A DNA stretch of 64,000 nt, taken from positions 128,001 through 192,000 of the forward strand of contig CAVXJH010000006.1 in NCBI GenBank assembly GCA_963762115.1. The letters run 5' to 3'. The notes below the pieces were generated by a model. That model did no database searches. It was given only the letters and a program-made list of their open reading frames with translations, and was not told the origin of the DNA. Shown here piece by piece: positions 48,469 through 58,989 of the stretch. The DNA is from Candidatus Babeliales bacterium. Its GTDB lineage: Bacteria; Babelota; Babeliae; Babelales; JANWKD01. The translations under genes were made by a program, and so were the position numbers. Every line of letters begins with the position of its first letter. The stretch's first letter is position 1.

Positions 48469-48948
48469 ATGAAGAAAAACAAAAAAGAAATCCGACATCA
48501 GGCACTAACAGAACTAATAAGCCTCTATCCAATTGAAGATCAAACAACATTAGCGGCACTTCTCAAGGAGAAATATAATATTGAAACTAATCAATCAATT
48601 GTTTCCCGGGATTTACGCGAATTAGGCGTCACCAAAAAAATTGTTGATGAAGCTTCAGTATATGAAATTGATTCATCCAATACTACTTATGAACTTTTAG
48701 TAAGATCCATTATTAATATCCAACACAATGAATCAATGATTGTCGTCAAAACAATACCAGGGCTTGCAAGTTTTGTTGGCGATTTTATTGATCAACAAAA
48801 CTTACCAGAATTACTTGCTACTTTAGCAGGAGAAAATGTAGTTTTTGTTGTTCCTAAAAGCATTCATGTCATAAAAGAAACGTATGTTGTCATCTGCAAA
48901 GCCTTGCACTACAAAATTAAAACAGTAGAGGATCATAATGTTAAATAA
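48469..48948 (+). CDS. argR: Arginine repressor
   Basis: QSIVSRDLRELG wHTH, VVKTIPGLA, TLAGENVVFV. Confidence 0.92.
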   Translation: MKKNKKEIRHQALTELISLYPIEDQTTLAALLKEKYNIETNQSIVSRDLRELGVTKKIVDEASVYEIDSSNTTYELLVRSIINIQHNESMIVVKTIPGLASFVGDFIDQQNLPELLATLAGENVVFVVPKSIHVIKETYVVICKALHYKIKTVEDHNVK

Positions 48949-49708
48949 AAATCTTGTGTTAATAACAATTTTTGTATCGGCAATCATTGCAGGCATAAGT
49001 TTACATACCTATTTTAAACAACGTTCCATAAAGTCCGATAACACCATTCTTATTGTGGGTACTAATGCAGAATTTCCTCCCTTTGAATATATTGAAAATG
49101 ATAAACTTGTAGGTTTTGACATTGATTTGTTACAAGAAATAGCAAAACGTATGGGCAAAAGACTTGAAATTAAAGATATGCCCTTTTCAACACTCATTTC
49201 ACAATTGCAAATGGGTGGAATACATCTTATTGCCGCTGGACTCACACCAACAAAAGAGCGCGCTGAACATGTACTTTTTTCGCATAATTACCTTGCCGGT
49301 GAACCACTTATTATTGTTAGCCTCGCAACAAAAACACCTCTTAAAAATATTGACGATTTAAAAACAAAAGAAATTATTGTTAATGATGGCTTTACGGCAG
49401 ATTTATATCTTTCAACATTGCCAGAAATCACCCTAAAAAGACTTCCTTCTGTTGCTGATGCTTTTTTAGCATTAACAAGTGGACGCGGAGATGCATTTGT
49501 AACGGCCCACAACACCGTTAAACCTTTTTTTGATCAATATGGTTCTGAAAAATTTATGATATCACCAATCGAGGGAACCAATGAACCGGCAGCATTTGCC
49601 ATTTCAAAACAGCATCCTGAGCTTGTTGAGCAGATCAATAAAGTTTTAGAAGAAATGCAAGAAGACGGTTCTCTAGAAGCATTCAAAAGAAAGTGGCACT
49701 TACCATGA
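48938..49708 (+). CDS. Polar amino acid (probably arginine) ABC substrate-binding protein
   Basis: GTNAEFPPFE, GFDIDL, TPTKERA; in argR operon. Confidence 0.9.
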   Translation: MLNKNLVLITIFVSAIIAGISLHTYFKQRSIKSDNTILIVGTNAEFPPFEYIENDKLVGFDIDLLQEIAKRMGKRLEIKDMPFSTLISQLQMGGIHLIAAGLTPTKERAEHVLFSHNYLAGEPLIIVSLATKTPLKNIDDLKTKEIIVNDGFTADLYLSTLPEITLKRLPSVADAFLALTSGRGDAFVTAHNTVKPFFDQYGSEKFMISPIEGTNEPAAFAISKQHPELVEQINKVLEEMQEDGSLEAFKRKWHLP

Positions 49709-50364
49709 TGACTCTTAGCTTTATTCAACAAACATTACCCTTATTATTGCGCGGCACCTTAATCACTCTGCAGATTGCATTATGTGCAAGTTTAATAGGA
49801 TTTTTTTTAGGCACCTTATTGGGTTTTTTGCACAGTAGTTCAAACAAAATTGCACGATTTTTAGTGACTATGTATGTCACTCTATTTCGAGGCACGCCTA
49901 TGCTTATTCAAATTCCCTTTTTTTATTATTTATTGCCAAGCATTGGTATCGAGCTTTCATTAATTACTACAGCAATTATCGCAATCGGCTTAAATAGTGG
50001 TGCTTATATTAGTCAAACAATTCGATCAGGTATTGCCTCTGTTGGCAAAGGACAACTGGAAGCTGCAAAAGTTTTAGGATTTTCACCGTGGCAAACGATA
50101 CGTTTTATTGTTTTTCCACAAGCAATTCGCATTGTCATTCCTGCTCTTCTTAATGAAATGATCACGCTCATCAAAGATTCAAGCTTAGCGTCAACTATTG
50201 GCGTTGTTGAGTTATTTAAAGAAGGCACCATTATTATAAGCAGAACCTATAATGCTATTCCGGTGTATTGCTTGATTGCTCTTATTTATTTAACACTCAC
50301 TGGCATCGTTTCTATTTTTGCGCACTATATTCAATCGAGGATCAATCGTCATGTTAGTCATTAA
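49705..50364 (+). CDS. Polar amino acid ABC permease
   Basis: FRGTPMLIQ, GQLEAAKVLG EAA loop, IKDSSL. Confidence 0.93.
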   Translation: MMTLSFIQQTLPLLLRGTLITLQIALCASLIGFFLGTLLGFLHSSSNKIARFLVTMYVTLFRGTPMLIQIPFFYYLLPSIGIELSLITTAIIAIGLNSGAYISQTIRSGIASVGKGQLEAAKVLGFSPWQTIRFIVFPQAIRIVIPALLNEMITLIKDSSLASTIGVVELFKEGTIIISRTYNAIPVYCLIALIYLTLTGIVSIFAHYIQSRINRHVSH

Positions 50365-51067
50365 AAATCTTTCAAAAAAATTTCAAAACAAAGTAGTACT
50401 TAATGCTATAGATTTACACATTGCAAAAGGTGAAATCGCTGTTTTACTCGGTCAATCAGGCGTTGGCAAATCAACGTTATTACGCGTTTTAAACAATTTG
50501 GAAAAACCTGATTCAGGTGAAATAAGTATTGATGGAAAACTTTTAGATCTTACTACCGTTAATCAAGATCACACTGTTGGTATGATCTTTCAACATTTTA
50601 ACTTATTTGAACATTTAACGGTTGAACAAAACATTACATTGGCCTTAACAAAAGTTGCACACAAATCAAAAATTGAAGCAAAAAAAATTGCGCGCACACT
50701 TTTAAAACAATATGGTTTAGAAAACTTAGAAAATGCTTATATCAGCCAATTATCAGGTGGGCAAAAGCAACGTCTTGCAATTGCACGAACGTTAGCACTT
50801 AATCCACGAATTCTTTGTGCTGATGAACCAACATCAGCTCTTGATCCGTTACTCACCAACTATGTTGCGCAAACGCTGCAAGAACTTGCACAACAAGGAT
50901 TAATCGTTTTAATTGCTTCACATGATGTTGCCTTGGTCAATGCACTTGATTGCACAATTTATTTAATGCAACAAGGATCAATTGTTGAAACTACAACTTC
51001 AAAGAAATTACGTGAGCGTCCTGAAAACTACCCTCAACTAAGCGCATTTATGCAGGGAAAAAGTTAA
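50351..51067 (+). CDS. Polar amino acid ABC ATP-binding protein
   Basis: GQSGVGKST, LSGGQKQR, DEPTSALDP. Confidence 0.93.
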   Translation: MLVIKNLSKKFQNKVVLNAIDLHIAKGEIAVLLGQSGVGKSTLLRVLNNLEKPDSGEISIDGKLLDLTTVNQDHTVGMIFQHFNLFEHLTVEQNITLALTKVAHKSKIEAKKIARTLLKQYGLENLENAYISQLSGGQKQRLAIARTLALNPRILCADEPTSALDPLLTNYVAQTLQELAQQGLIVLIASHDVALVNALDCTIYLMQQGSIVETTTSKKLRERPENYPQLSAFMQGKS

Positions 51068-51069
51068 AA

Positions 51070-52239
51070 TTACCACTTAAATTGCGTTTTTTCTTCTCCT
51101 CCCAATCCAAGTTTTATTGGCTCAATAATTAAATTATAAAAACTCTCTTTATTTTCTTGTAATTGCGATAGTAAACCATCAATGAATTCGTAAATAGTAC
51201 CCATCTTTGCATTATATGGTGATAATCGATATTTTTCATCTCTCCAGGCGTCACTTCTATTATTACTCTTAAAATCACTTATTTTTCTATGCAAGACATC
51301 AAAATTATTAGATATCGCATATAAAAATGGCAATATTTCTTTTTTATAGAGATCAGGAAAGCGTTCCATTAATGATGTGTTAACAAAAACCGTAAATTTA
51401 GTTATACCAATATTTGGCAATAGTATAGAATCAAAATCTTTTGGCTTAATATCTTTATTTTTCAATATATTAAGATCATTTAAAAAATTGTCACTTGCTT
51501 CCTTGAATGTTTCTAATGCTTCTTTTGCTTTTTCAAGTTTATTTTTAAGAACAATCTCATCTGATGATTCTTCTTTTTCAAGTCCCAATCTTCTCCCCAA
51601 CTCTAACCTGAACTGTTCTGGATAATCTTTCATAAAAAATTCTGACAACGTTTCTACCATTTGCTTTATATTTATTGTTCGCATGCCCTGACCTTGCAAA
51701 GAGTGAACCATACTATTTTTATTATAATCTTGGTGATGTTGTAACCCACTCATTTGAACAACCTTGTTAAGACGATCTTTAGCATCCTGAAGCGATGTTT
51801 TTGCTTTTTCAAAAATGGCAAAAGCCTTTTTTTGTGTATCTTCTGAGACTTGAACTTTTTTCTTTTGCAAATCTTGGACAATAGCATTAAGCTTTCCCTT
51901 AAATGCATTAAGGGTACCTAATAAATCGCTATATTCTTCATACAAAGACTCTATTATTTTTTTATCAAAAGATGACACATCTTTTTGCTTATGAAGATGA
52001 TGCCCAAATCCTGCCGCATCCATTCCAAATCTTTTGATTCCTTCTTCAATCTCATTTAATGCATAAATTACTTTTTGGTCTGCATCACTAATAGAAGTGC
52101 TTTGAATTGGCTTTCCAGATTTTATTAAAGCGCTTTCTAATGCATTAAGCCTTCTATGCAATTCTTGCAATTCAGTTTGCAAAGAACCTTGCATTAAAAA
52201 TGGTCTTACTAAAAAAAATATTAAAAATAATCTCTTCAT
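51070..52239 (-). CDS. Secreted alpha-helical hypothetical protein (tandem family)
   Basis: QG|SLQTELQEL motif; shares KDRLNK, FRxxLGRxLG, FPDLYK, FLYxI and PIxxxLG with its neighbour. Confidence 0.8.
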   Translation of the reverse strand: MKRLFLIFFLVRPFLMQGSLQTELQELHRRLNALESALIKSGKPIQSTSISDADQKVIYALNEIEEGIKRFGMDAAGFGHHLHKQKDVSSFDKKIIESLYEEYSDLLGTLNAFKGKLNAIVQDLQKKKVQVSEDTQKKAFAIFEKAKTSLQDAKDRLNKVVQMSGLQHHQDYNKNSMVHSLQGQGMRTINIKQMVETLSEFFMKDYPEQFRLELGRRLGLEKEESSDEIVLKNKLEKAKEALETFKEASDNFLNDLNILKNKDIKPKDFDSILLPNIGITKFTVFVNTSLMERFPDLYKKEILPFLYAISNNFDVLHRKISDFKSNNRSDAWRDEKYRLSPYNAKMGTIYEFIDGLLSQLQENKESFYNLIIEPIKLGLGGEEKTQFKW

Positions 52240-52255
52240 TTAAACTTCTCCTATT

Positions 52256-53416
52256 TTACCAATCGCCCTTTTTAACACCCAATTCATCTTCAATTGGCTT
52301 AACAATAGAGCCATAAAGTATCGCATTGCGCCAAGCATCAAGCCTCTCTTTGATTTCATCAATAAAAGTAGGAAGATGTAATTCTTTTCCCTTATAAGTT
52401 TCATATTTAAGCACAGTTATTTGTTTGTAATTATTTCTGTAAAAATTAGTTAATTTCTCAATTAATTTTTTAATGTTACTATTGATGTGATATAAAAATG
52501 CACGAATATCTTTATATAAATCGGGAAAATAATTAGCCAAACGCTTATTATTAACAAATGATTGAAGCTTAAATTGATCTAAAGCAATAGTTGGATCAGC
52601 TTTCTCTAAGTCTTCAAAATCTTCTTGAGTAGGCATTCCCAACTTAAATTTTTCAAGTTCTTGCAAAAAAACTTTACTTTGATCATTAAATTGTTTAAAC
52701 ATTTCGTCTGCAAAATTCCATTGTTCTAGAATGTATTTTTCATCCACGGATTCTTCTTCTAGAACCCCTAATTTTCTACCCAAATTTTGTCTAAATCTTT
52801 CCAAACACTTGCTCATTGAAAGACCGAGCTTCATTGTAATAAAATCTGCCAAACTAGCATTATGTATAGTCTTACATACAAAACAAGCAATGCTATATTT
52901 TTGATCATAACCAGGTTTTTTCCTAATATTAGTTTCACTAACAATCTTATTCAAACGATCTTTAAAATCTTGAAAAGTGAAATAAATTTCTTGAACAAAA
53001 GCAAACAATTCTCTTTGAACTGACATTGATAAGAGCGCAATGTTTTCTTCAATCAAATTACATTCATTCTCCAATTGCTTATTAAGTTTTATAAATTTTT
53101 CACCCACTAAATCATTTTTAATAACAATATTTTCAACCATATTTTGATCAATTTTTGCTGCATTTCTTAATGCATAAATTTCATTTTCTACTTCATATTC
53201 TTCGTTAACCAATGCCTTTATTTCCATTTTAAATTTTACTAAATTCGCTCGTATTTTTTCTTCAACATTATTACTTTTTAATTGCTTGCTACTCACCCCT
53301 AAATTTAATGTGCGCTCTAGCGCACTAAGCTTTCTCTGCAATTCTTGCAATTCAGTTTGTAAAGAACCCTGTAACAACAATGGCGATAAAAACAATATAA
53401 CCAATAATTTTTTCAT
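52256..53416 (-). CDS. Secreted alpha-helical hypothetical protein (tandem family)
   Basis: QG|SLQTELQELQRKLSALE; paralog of 51070-52239. Confidence 0.8.
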   Translation of the reverse strand: MKKLLVILFLSPLLLQGSLQTELQELQRKLSALERTLNLGVSSKQLKSNNVEEKIRANLVKFKMEIKALVNEEYEVENEIYALRNAAKIDQNMVENIVIKNDLVGEKFIKLNKQLENECNLIEENIALLSMSVQRELFAFVQEIYFTFQDFKDRLNKIVSETNIRKKPGYDQKYSIACFVCKTIHNASLADFITMKLGLSMSKCLERFRQNLGRKLGVLEEESVDEKYILEQWNFADEMFKQFNDQSKVFLQELEKFKLGMPTQEDFEDLEKADPTIALDQFKLQSFVNNKRLANYFPDLYKDIRAFLYHINSNIKKLIEKLTNFYRNNYKQITVLKYETYKGKELHLPTFIDEIKERLDAWRNAILYGSIVKPIEDELGVKKGDW

Positions 53417-53426
53417 CTACGTCCCT

Positions 53427-54089
53427 TTATTTTTGCCAAAGTTCACTATATTCATTCATCGCTCTTTGAGCCCTATCAGTTATTTTTTCAATATCATTTT
53501 GCATGCTAAAAAAAAAATTTTTTAAAATTATAGTTTTATCACCAAAAAAATTTATTAATTTTGCATCTTGCGTCCAATATTCTTTAATGAAAAATGCTGA
53601 TTTTTCATGTGCTAACAAAAATTCATTAAAAAAATTATTAAATTGATTCCAGTCATCTTTTATCTTTTGATAAAGTTGAATTACTTTTGCACCAAATTTT
53701 TCTTTAATATCAAGGTCGTAAGTATATTTATTAATTATTTCCGTAAGACCTATTAACTTATTATGCAGGGAAATTGATTTAGCTTGATATTCCTCAATAA
53801 ATCTTTTTATTTTAAATAATTTTTTTGTATCATCCATTTCTTTTAAAAAATTAATAAGATGATCAAAATTATTACGTTGTTTTTGAACAACCTTATTGGT
53901 CTTTTTTAATAACTGCTCAAATTCTTGTTCTATTTCTTTTTCTGTTTTTGGTTTTTGATGTAATAAAACTTGTTCTAGAGCAACAAGATTATCAAATAAC
54001 TCTTGCAAATTTTGTTGCAAAGATGCTTGCACTTCATAAAATGACATACTAAAAACAAAAATTATTCCCCAAGAAACTATTTTTTTCAC
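53427..54089 (-). CDS. Secreted alpha-helical hypothetical protein (tandem family)
   Basis: QA|SLQQNLQELFDNLVALE; GTG start. Confidence 0.75.
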   Translation of the reverse strand: MKKIVSWGIIFVFSMSFYEVQASLQQNLQELFDNLVALEQVLLHQKPKTEKEIEQEFEQLLKKTNKVVQKQRNNFDHLINFLKEMDDTKKLFKIKRFIEEYQAKSISLHNKLIGLTEIINKYTYDLDIKEKFGAKVIQLYQKIKDDWNQFNNFFNEFLLAHEKSAFFIKEYWTQDAKLINFFGDKTIILKNFFFSMQNDIEKITDRAQRAMNEYSELWQK

Positions 54090-54190
54090 AAAAAAACCTC
54101 ATCAGTATTTTTTCAAGAGTTCTTTACAAAAAAAAATTAAAAAAGTAGGGTACTCAATGTCAATGTTATTGAATTATAAAAGGAGATTGT

Positions 54191-55582
54191 ATGATCAAGC
54201 GTCTATTATTTGTGATAGGTATTCTTACCCCAATAAGTACAACTTTTACCTCAGAATATAAAGTTGCTCAATTATGTGAGGATTGCGAATCAAGCAATGT
54301 ACAATTTATTGAATTTTGTTGCACAGATCGTGATGGAAACTATAAATCAGTCATACGACCAATTAACTATTTAAAAAATGATCTTCAATATGGCATATTT
54401 CTCGATGGTTCATCAATTCCAGGATGCACAGAAATCACCAAAAGTGATATTCAGCTCAAACCAGACTTAGATGCACCAATTACAAAATTACCATGGCATG
54501 ACAATCAAATTGGCATGATCCGCATTATTTGCGATATGTATCTTGATGATACTACTCCTTATACCTCTGATCCACGCCATATTTTAAAAAAAGAATTAGA
54601 AGCGGCTTATGCTCTTGGTTATGATTTTTATGTTGGTCCAGAAATTGAATTTTATGTATTCAATACTACCGATGACAAAACGTTAATTCCCCTTGATAAT
54701 AATAACTATGCAGCGTGTTCAAATGATTTTGCTCTTTCACAAGCGCTTGCTAATACCCTCAATGTTCTTAATGCAATGGGCTTGTATATTGAAAAAATTC
54801 ATCATGAAGTCGGACCTGGTCAATTTGAAATAAGTAAACATTATGACAATGCTTTAAATATTGCCGATCAAATTGGCACTATTGAGCAAGCGCTCAGTAT
54901 TGCAGCTCAAATTTATCATAAAAAAGTTAGTTTTATGCCAAAACCAATGTTTGGCAAACCTGGCAGTGGTATGCATCTCAATTTAAGCCTCTTTGACCTT
55001 CACCATAACTGCAATGCGTTCTTTAATCCTGAAAATCCTGAAACAATAAGCGATACAGCAAAATATTTTATTGCTGGTATTTTAAAACATGCACGCGAAT
55101 ATACTTTACTTCTTAATCCAAGCGTCAATTCCTATAAAAGGCTTGTAAAGGGCTACGAAGCTCCTATTTATATCTGTTGTGGTGAAAAAAATAGAAGCGC
55201 CTTAATTCGTTTGCCACACACAAATGCAATGCAACCCCAAGCATTTAGACTAGAAATACGGTCTCCCGATGCATTATGTAATCCCTATTTAGCTTTTGCT
55301 GCATTACTACGAGCAGGCATGGAAGGCATAAAAAATAAATATACACTGCCAACTTTAATTGATGAAAACATTTATGTAATGAACGAAGAAACCAGAACCG
55401 CTCAGCATATTGCTACCTTGCCACATTCACTACAAGAAGCAATAGAAGCGTTTGAAGAAAGTTCTCTTATGCGTGAACTGCTTGGCGAACATTTATTTTT
55501 AAGTTATTTAAAAGCAAAGAAAACAGAATTAGCGAATTTTGAACAAGCAGTTACCGACTGGGAATTGGAACGTTATTTATAA
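54191..55582 (+). CDS. glnA: Glutamine synthetase type I family protein
   Basis: LDGSSI, GPEIEFY, HHEVGPGQFEI, FMPKP, GSGMH, NSYKRLV.GYEAP, NRSALIR, EIRSPD..CNPYL, TDWELERY. Confidence 0.9.
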   Translation: MIKRLLFVIGILTPISTTFTSEYKVAQLCEDCESSNVQFIEFCCTDRDGNYKSVIRPINYLKNDLQYGIFLDGSSIPGCTEITKSDIQLKPDLDAPITKLPWHDNQIGMIRIICDMYLDDTTPYTSDPRHILKKELEAAYALGYDFYVGPEIEFYVFNTTDDKTLIPLDNNNYAACSNDFALSQALANTLNVLNAMGLYIEKIHHEVGPGQFEISKHYDNALNIADQIGTIEQALSIAAQIYHKKVSFMPKPMFGKPGSGMHLNLSLFDLHHNCNAFFNPENPETISDTAKYFIAGILKHAREYTLLLNPSVNSYKRLVKGYEAPIYICCGEKNRSALIRLPHTNAMQPQAFRLEIRSPDALCNPYLAFAALLRAGMEGIKNKYTLPTLIDENIYVMNEETRTAQHIATLPHSLQEAIEAFEESSLMRELLGEHLFLSYLKAKKTELANFEQAVTDWELERYL

Positions 55583-55658
55583 AGGCTAAAAACACCAAGT
55601 AGCATTATTTAAAGAAAAATAGTATTCTTAATTTGCTTTAATCTATTTTCTCAACGTT

Positions 55659-56816
55659 TTGCTACTTGGTGTGTTACAAATTTTCACTCATTTTTTTTCA
55701 ATTACTTTTCATCCGTTATTATTCTTTGTGTTGGCATTCATAGGTGGTATTGCAACACAAGCTATTCTTAATGCTTCATATATAGAGATGACAATCGTTC
55801 TGAGTGTTTTAGTTGGCATTTGTATACTATTTTCAAAAAAATCAATTCCCGTTGCACTCTTTTTATTAAGTGGCTTTTTATGCGGAGCACTCTGTTACAA
55901 AAAACAGATCGATGATCACGAACATTTTTGCAAAACTTTTTGTAATCAAACCTATGATGTTATAGCAACCGTGACCGACAAACAATCCATAGAAAATTCC
56001 TATCAAAAAGAATTTTTAAAACTTTCAATTCAAGAGCTCTATAATGTTAAAACACAAGAGCAAAACCATATCAACACATCTTGTATTGCTTATTGTTCGA
56101 CCAAGATGGATACCATCACCATTGGTGATACGGTCAGGTTTTCGAATATATTTTTAAAAAAATCTAAAAACAATGCTTTTGTACGCCATCTTTTGAAAGA
56201 AGGTAACTCTATAAGTTTTTTTGCTAAAAATATTCCTACACTAGTGCATAGACCTAAATATTCATTACAACGAACTCTTTTTAATGAAAAAATATATTTA
56301 TTAACAACCATAAAAAACAAAATGTCATTTCGCTGTTACACACTATTCGCCTCTTTATTTCTTGGCAATAGAACCCATAATAAAAAATATCTTACAACCA
56401 TCAAAGAACAATTTAAATATTGGGGACTATCTCATTATTTGGCACGGTCAGGACTTCATTTAATTATTTTTCTTTTATTATTTACTTTTTTATTACGGTT
56501 AATACCATTTTCTCGCACGTTAAAATCTCTCATTCTCACCACCATCTGCTTTCTTTATGCGCTCTTTAGTTGGTCCAGTATTTCATTTATAAGGGCACTT
56601 TTAACCTATTTTTTTTATTGCTTATATATTTTTTTTAATTTTCAAATAAACACCCTTCATATTTTAAGTCTTATAACTTTTATCATCTTAATGACAAATC
56701 CCTTACAACTTTTTTTTCTTGATTTTCAATTGAGCTTCGGTCTTACTTTTGCACTTGCTTTTATTAACCATGCAAAAACAAATAAAGCAAAAATCGCACA
56801 ACTCTTGCCCAAATGA
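55659..56816 (+). CDS. comEC: ComEC/Rec2 competence-domain membrane protein (no MBL domain)
   Basis: GLSHYLARSGLH, SFIRA, NPLQLFFLDFQLSF; start uncertain. Confidence 0.8.
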   Translation: MLLGVLQIFTHFFSITFHPLLFFVLAFIGGIATQAILNASYIEMTIVLSVLVGICILFSKKSIPVALFLLSGFLCGALCYKKQIDDHEHFCKTFCNQTYDVIATVTDKQSIENSYQKEFLKLSIQELYNVKTQEQNHINTSCIAYCSTKMDTITIGDTVRFSNIFLKKSKNNAFVRHLLKEGNSISFFAKNIPTLVHRPKYSLQRTLFNEKIYLLTTIKNKMSFRCYTLFASLFLGNRTHNKKYLTTIKEQFKYWGLSHYLARSGLHLIIFLLLFTFLLRLIPFSRTLKSLILTTICFLYALFSWSSISFIRALLTYFFYCLYIFFNFQINTLHILSLITFIILMTNPLQLFFLDFQLSFGLTFALAFINHAKTNKAKIAQLLPK

Positions 56817-56867
56817 ACATCGATTTATTATGTTGAAGACAAATATTTTATGAAAAAAGGGAGAAAA

Positions 56868-58367
56868 ATGGTTTTTCTAAAAAAAATTATAGCTACAAAA
56901 AAAATTATTAGTATACTATTTGGCCTCTGTTTCTGCCTTAACCAAATGAATATATATGCAGAATCAAAAAGCAATGATTATGAAAGCCAAATAGTAGAAA
57001 CCTTAAATGAATTATTATTGCCAACACCTGAATATATAAGCACTGTTACTGAAATTGTTAGCCTTGAAGAAAGTTACAATGTATCAGTTCGCGCTATACA
57101 ACCTCAACCTAAAAAACATATCACTTTTATGACCTATATGGCTGCCGATAACAACCTAGCATTCTTTGCACGCAAAAATCTTGATCAACAAGCTCAAATT
57201 GGATCAAATAACTTAATAAATATTGTAACCGAGCTTGACACTCGGTTATCGGGAAATCAAAAAGTAACAAAAATTTATTATGTACAGAAAGATCAATTGA
57301 TAATATTAAACAATGACGATCCTTCAACACAAAAAATGGATAGCGGCAATCCTGAAACGCTCATTAAATTTTGTCGATTTGCCATCAAAAATTTTCCCGC
57401 TGACCACTATGTTCTTGTGTTGTGGAATCATGGTACCGGCATTATCGATATTGGACAATATAGCGCCTTTAACTCAAGTAAATTATTCCGTTACAACGCT
57501 GATATTAACATGCTTGAACTTGATCGCTCAATGCCATTTCTTGAATTTATCACTCAATCACTCCCCGATCCCCGCGGACTTTGCTTTGATGACACAACAG
57601 GACATTATCTTACTAATCAAGGATTAGAATATGCCCTAAAAACTATTTGCAATGAATGTTTAAATGGAAAAAAATTGGATATTATTGGCTTTGATGCTTG
57701 CCTCATGTCAATGCTTGAAATTGGCAATATCATTAAAGATTATGCAGACTATATGGTTGGATCACAGGAAGTTGAATTAGCTTTAGGATGGCGCTACGAT
57801 TTAATCTTGGCACCCGTTACGCAACATCGCATGAATATGAATATATTTGCGCAACATATTGTTGACACCTATCATGAAATGTATCATAAAATAACAAAGG
57901 ATTACACACAGTCTGCCGTTGCTTTAAAAGAATTATACCAACTAGAAGACAATGTAAACAATGTTGCGCTATTGCTTATTGAAGCCCTCAATAATGAAAA
58001 AAGCAACACGGTTCGTGATGCGCTCAAGGCAAGTAGGCATAAATTATTTTGCACTCATTTTGTTGAACAAAGCTTCATTGATTTATGGCATTTTTATAGC
58101 AACGTACTGAGTAACTGCCCTAAATTTCAATTTAAAAACAACACAACAGGAGCAACAATAAAAAATGAAATCGTCAAAACTTTGCAACAAGGAATCACCA
58201 TAATGCAACGCATAATTATTGCCAATGTTGTCGGCAGCGGACTTGCAAAAGCAAAAGGAATTTCAATTTATTTCCCCGAACAACGAATACATGGTTCATA
58301 TGCCTATACCAAGTTTGCACAGACAAATAATTGGGGAACATTTATTTCAAAATACATACAATTATAA
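56868..58367 (+). CDS. Clostripain (peptidase C11) family protein
   Basis: YMAADNNL, MDSGNPETL, LVLWNHGTG, GFDACLM, GISIYFP; signal peptide. Confidence 0.9.
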   Translation: MVFLKKIIATKKIISILFGLCFCLNQMNIYAESKSNDYESQIVETLNELLLPTPEYISTVTEIVSLEESYNVSVRAIQPQPKKHITFMTYMAADNNLAFFARKNLDQQAQIGSNNLINIVTELDTRLSGNQKVTKIYYVQKDQLIILNNDDPSTQKMDSGNPETLIKFCRFAIKNFPADHYVLVLWNHGTGIIDIGQYSAFNSSKLFRYNADINMLELDRSMPFLEFITQSLPDPRGLCFDDTTGHYLTNQGLEYALKTICNECLNGKKLDIIGFDACLMSMLEIGNIIKDYADYMVGSQEVELALGWRYDLILAPVTQHRMNMNIFAQHIVDTYHEMYHKITKDYTQSAVALKELYQLEDNVNNVALLLIEALNNEKSNTVRDALKASRHKLFCTHFVEQSFIDLWHFYSNVLSNCPKFQFKNNTTGATIKNEIVKTLQQGITIMQRIIIANVVGSGLAKAKGISIYFPEQRIHGSYAYTKFAQTNNWGTFISKYIQL

Positions 58368-58391
58368 TTGAACACAGAGACTATTTTTTTT

Positions 58392-58961
58392 ATGAATACA
58401 AAAAATCAAAAACAGCAGCTCCTAAAAGAGCTTTATGCACCATTTACTGAATGCAGCAATTTTCCCCTTGAAACTACCGGCGCCACGCGTGTTGTCTTTG
58501 GCGAGGGGAATCCCAATGCGCAATTAATGATTATAGGTGAAGCTCCAGGGAAGCAAGAAGATGAACAAGGAAGGCCTTTTGTTGGACGCTCAGGTAAACT
58601 ACTCACAAAAGTTCTTGAAAATTTAGGTTTAAAGAGAGAGGAAGTGTTTATTACCAATGTGGCTAAATGTCGCCCACCCAACAACAGAACTCCAACAACG
58701 CAAGAAGTAGCTCTTTATAAAACACTGATCTTAATGCAAGAAATCAATATCATTAAACCAAAAGTTATTATTACTCTTGGCGCAGTAGCATTAGAGGCGA
58801 TTCTTGAAAATGGCGCAAAAATTGGCAAAATACGGGGAACAATACAGCATAAAAACGGCCTAACTATCGTTCCAACATATCATCCTGCATATATCTTAAG
58901 AAATCCAGCAAAATTAATTAATTTTAGCCACGATATACAACTTTCAATTTCCTTGCTATAA
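58392..58961 (+). CDS. Uracil-DNA glycosylase family 4
   Basis: VFGEG, IGEAPG..ED..G.PFVG.SG, TNVAKCRPPNNR, TYHPAY. Confidence 0.93.
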   Translation: MNTKNQKQQLLKELYAPFTECSNFPLETTGATRVVFGEGNPNAQLMIIGEAPGKQEDEQGRPFVGRSGKLLTKVLENLGLKREEVFITNVAKCRPPNNRTPTTQEVALYKTLILMQEINIIKPKVIITLGAVALEAILENGAKIGKIRGTIQHKNGLTIVPTYHPAYILRNPAKLINFSHDIQLSISLL

Positions 58962-58989
58962 AAGCAATTCTTGCCACATAATTTCACAT

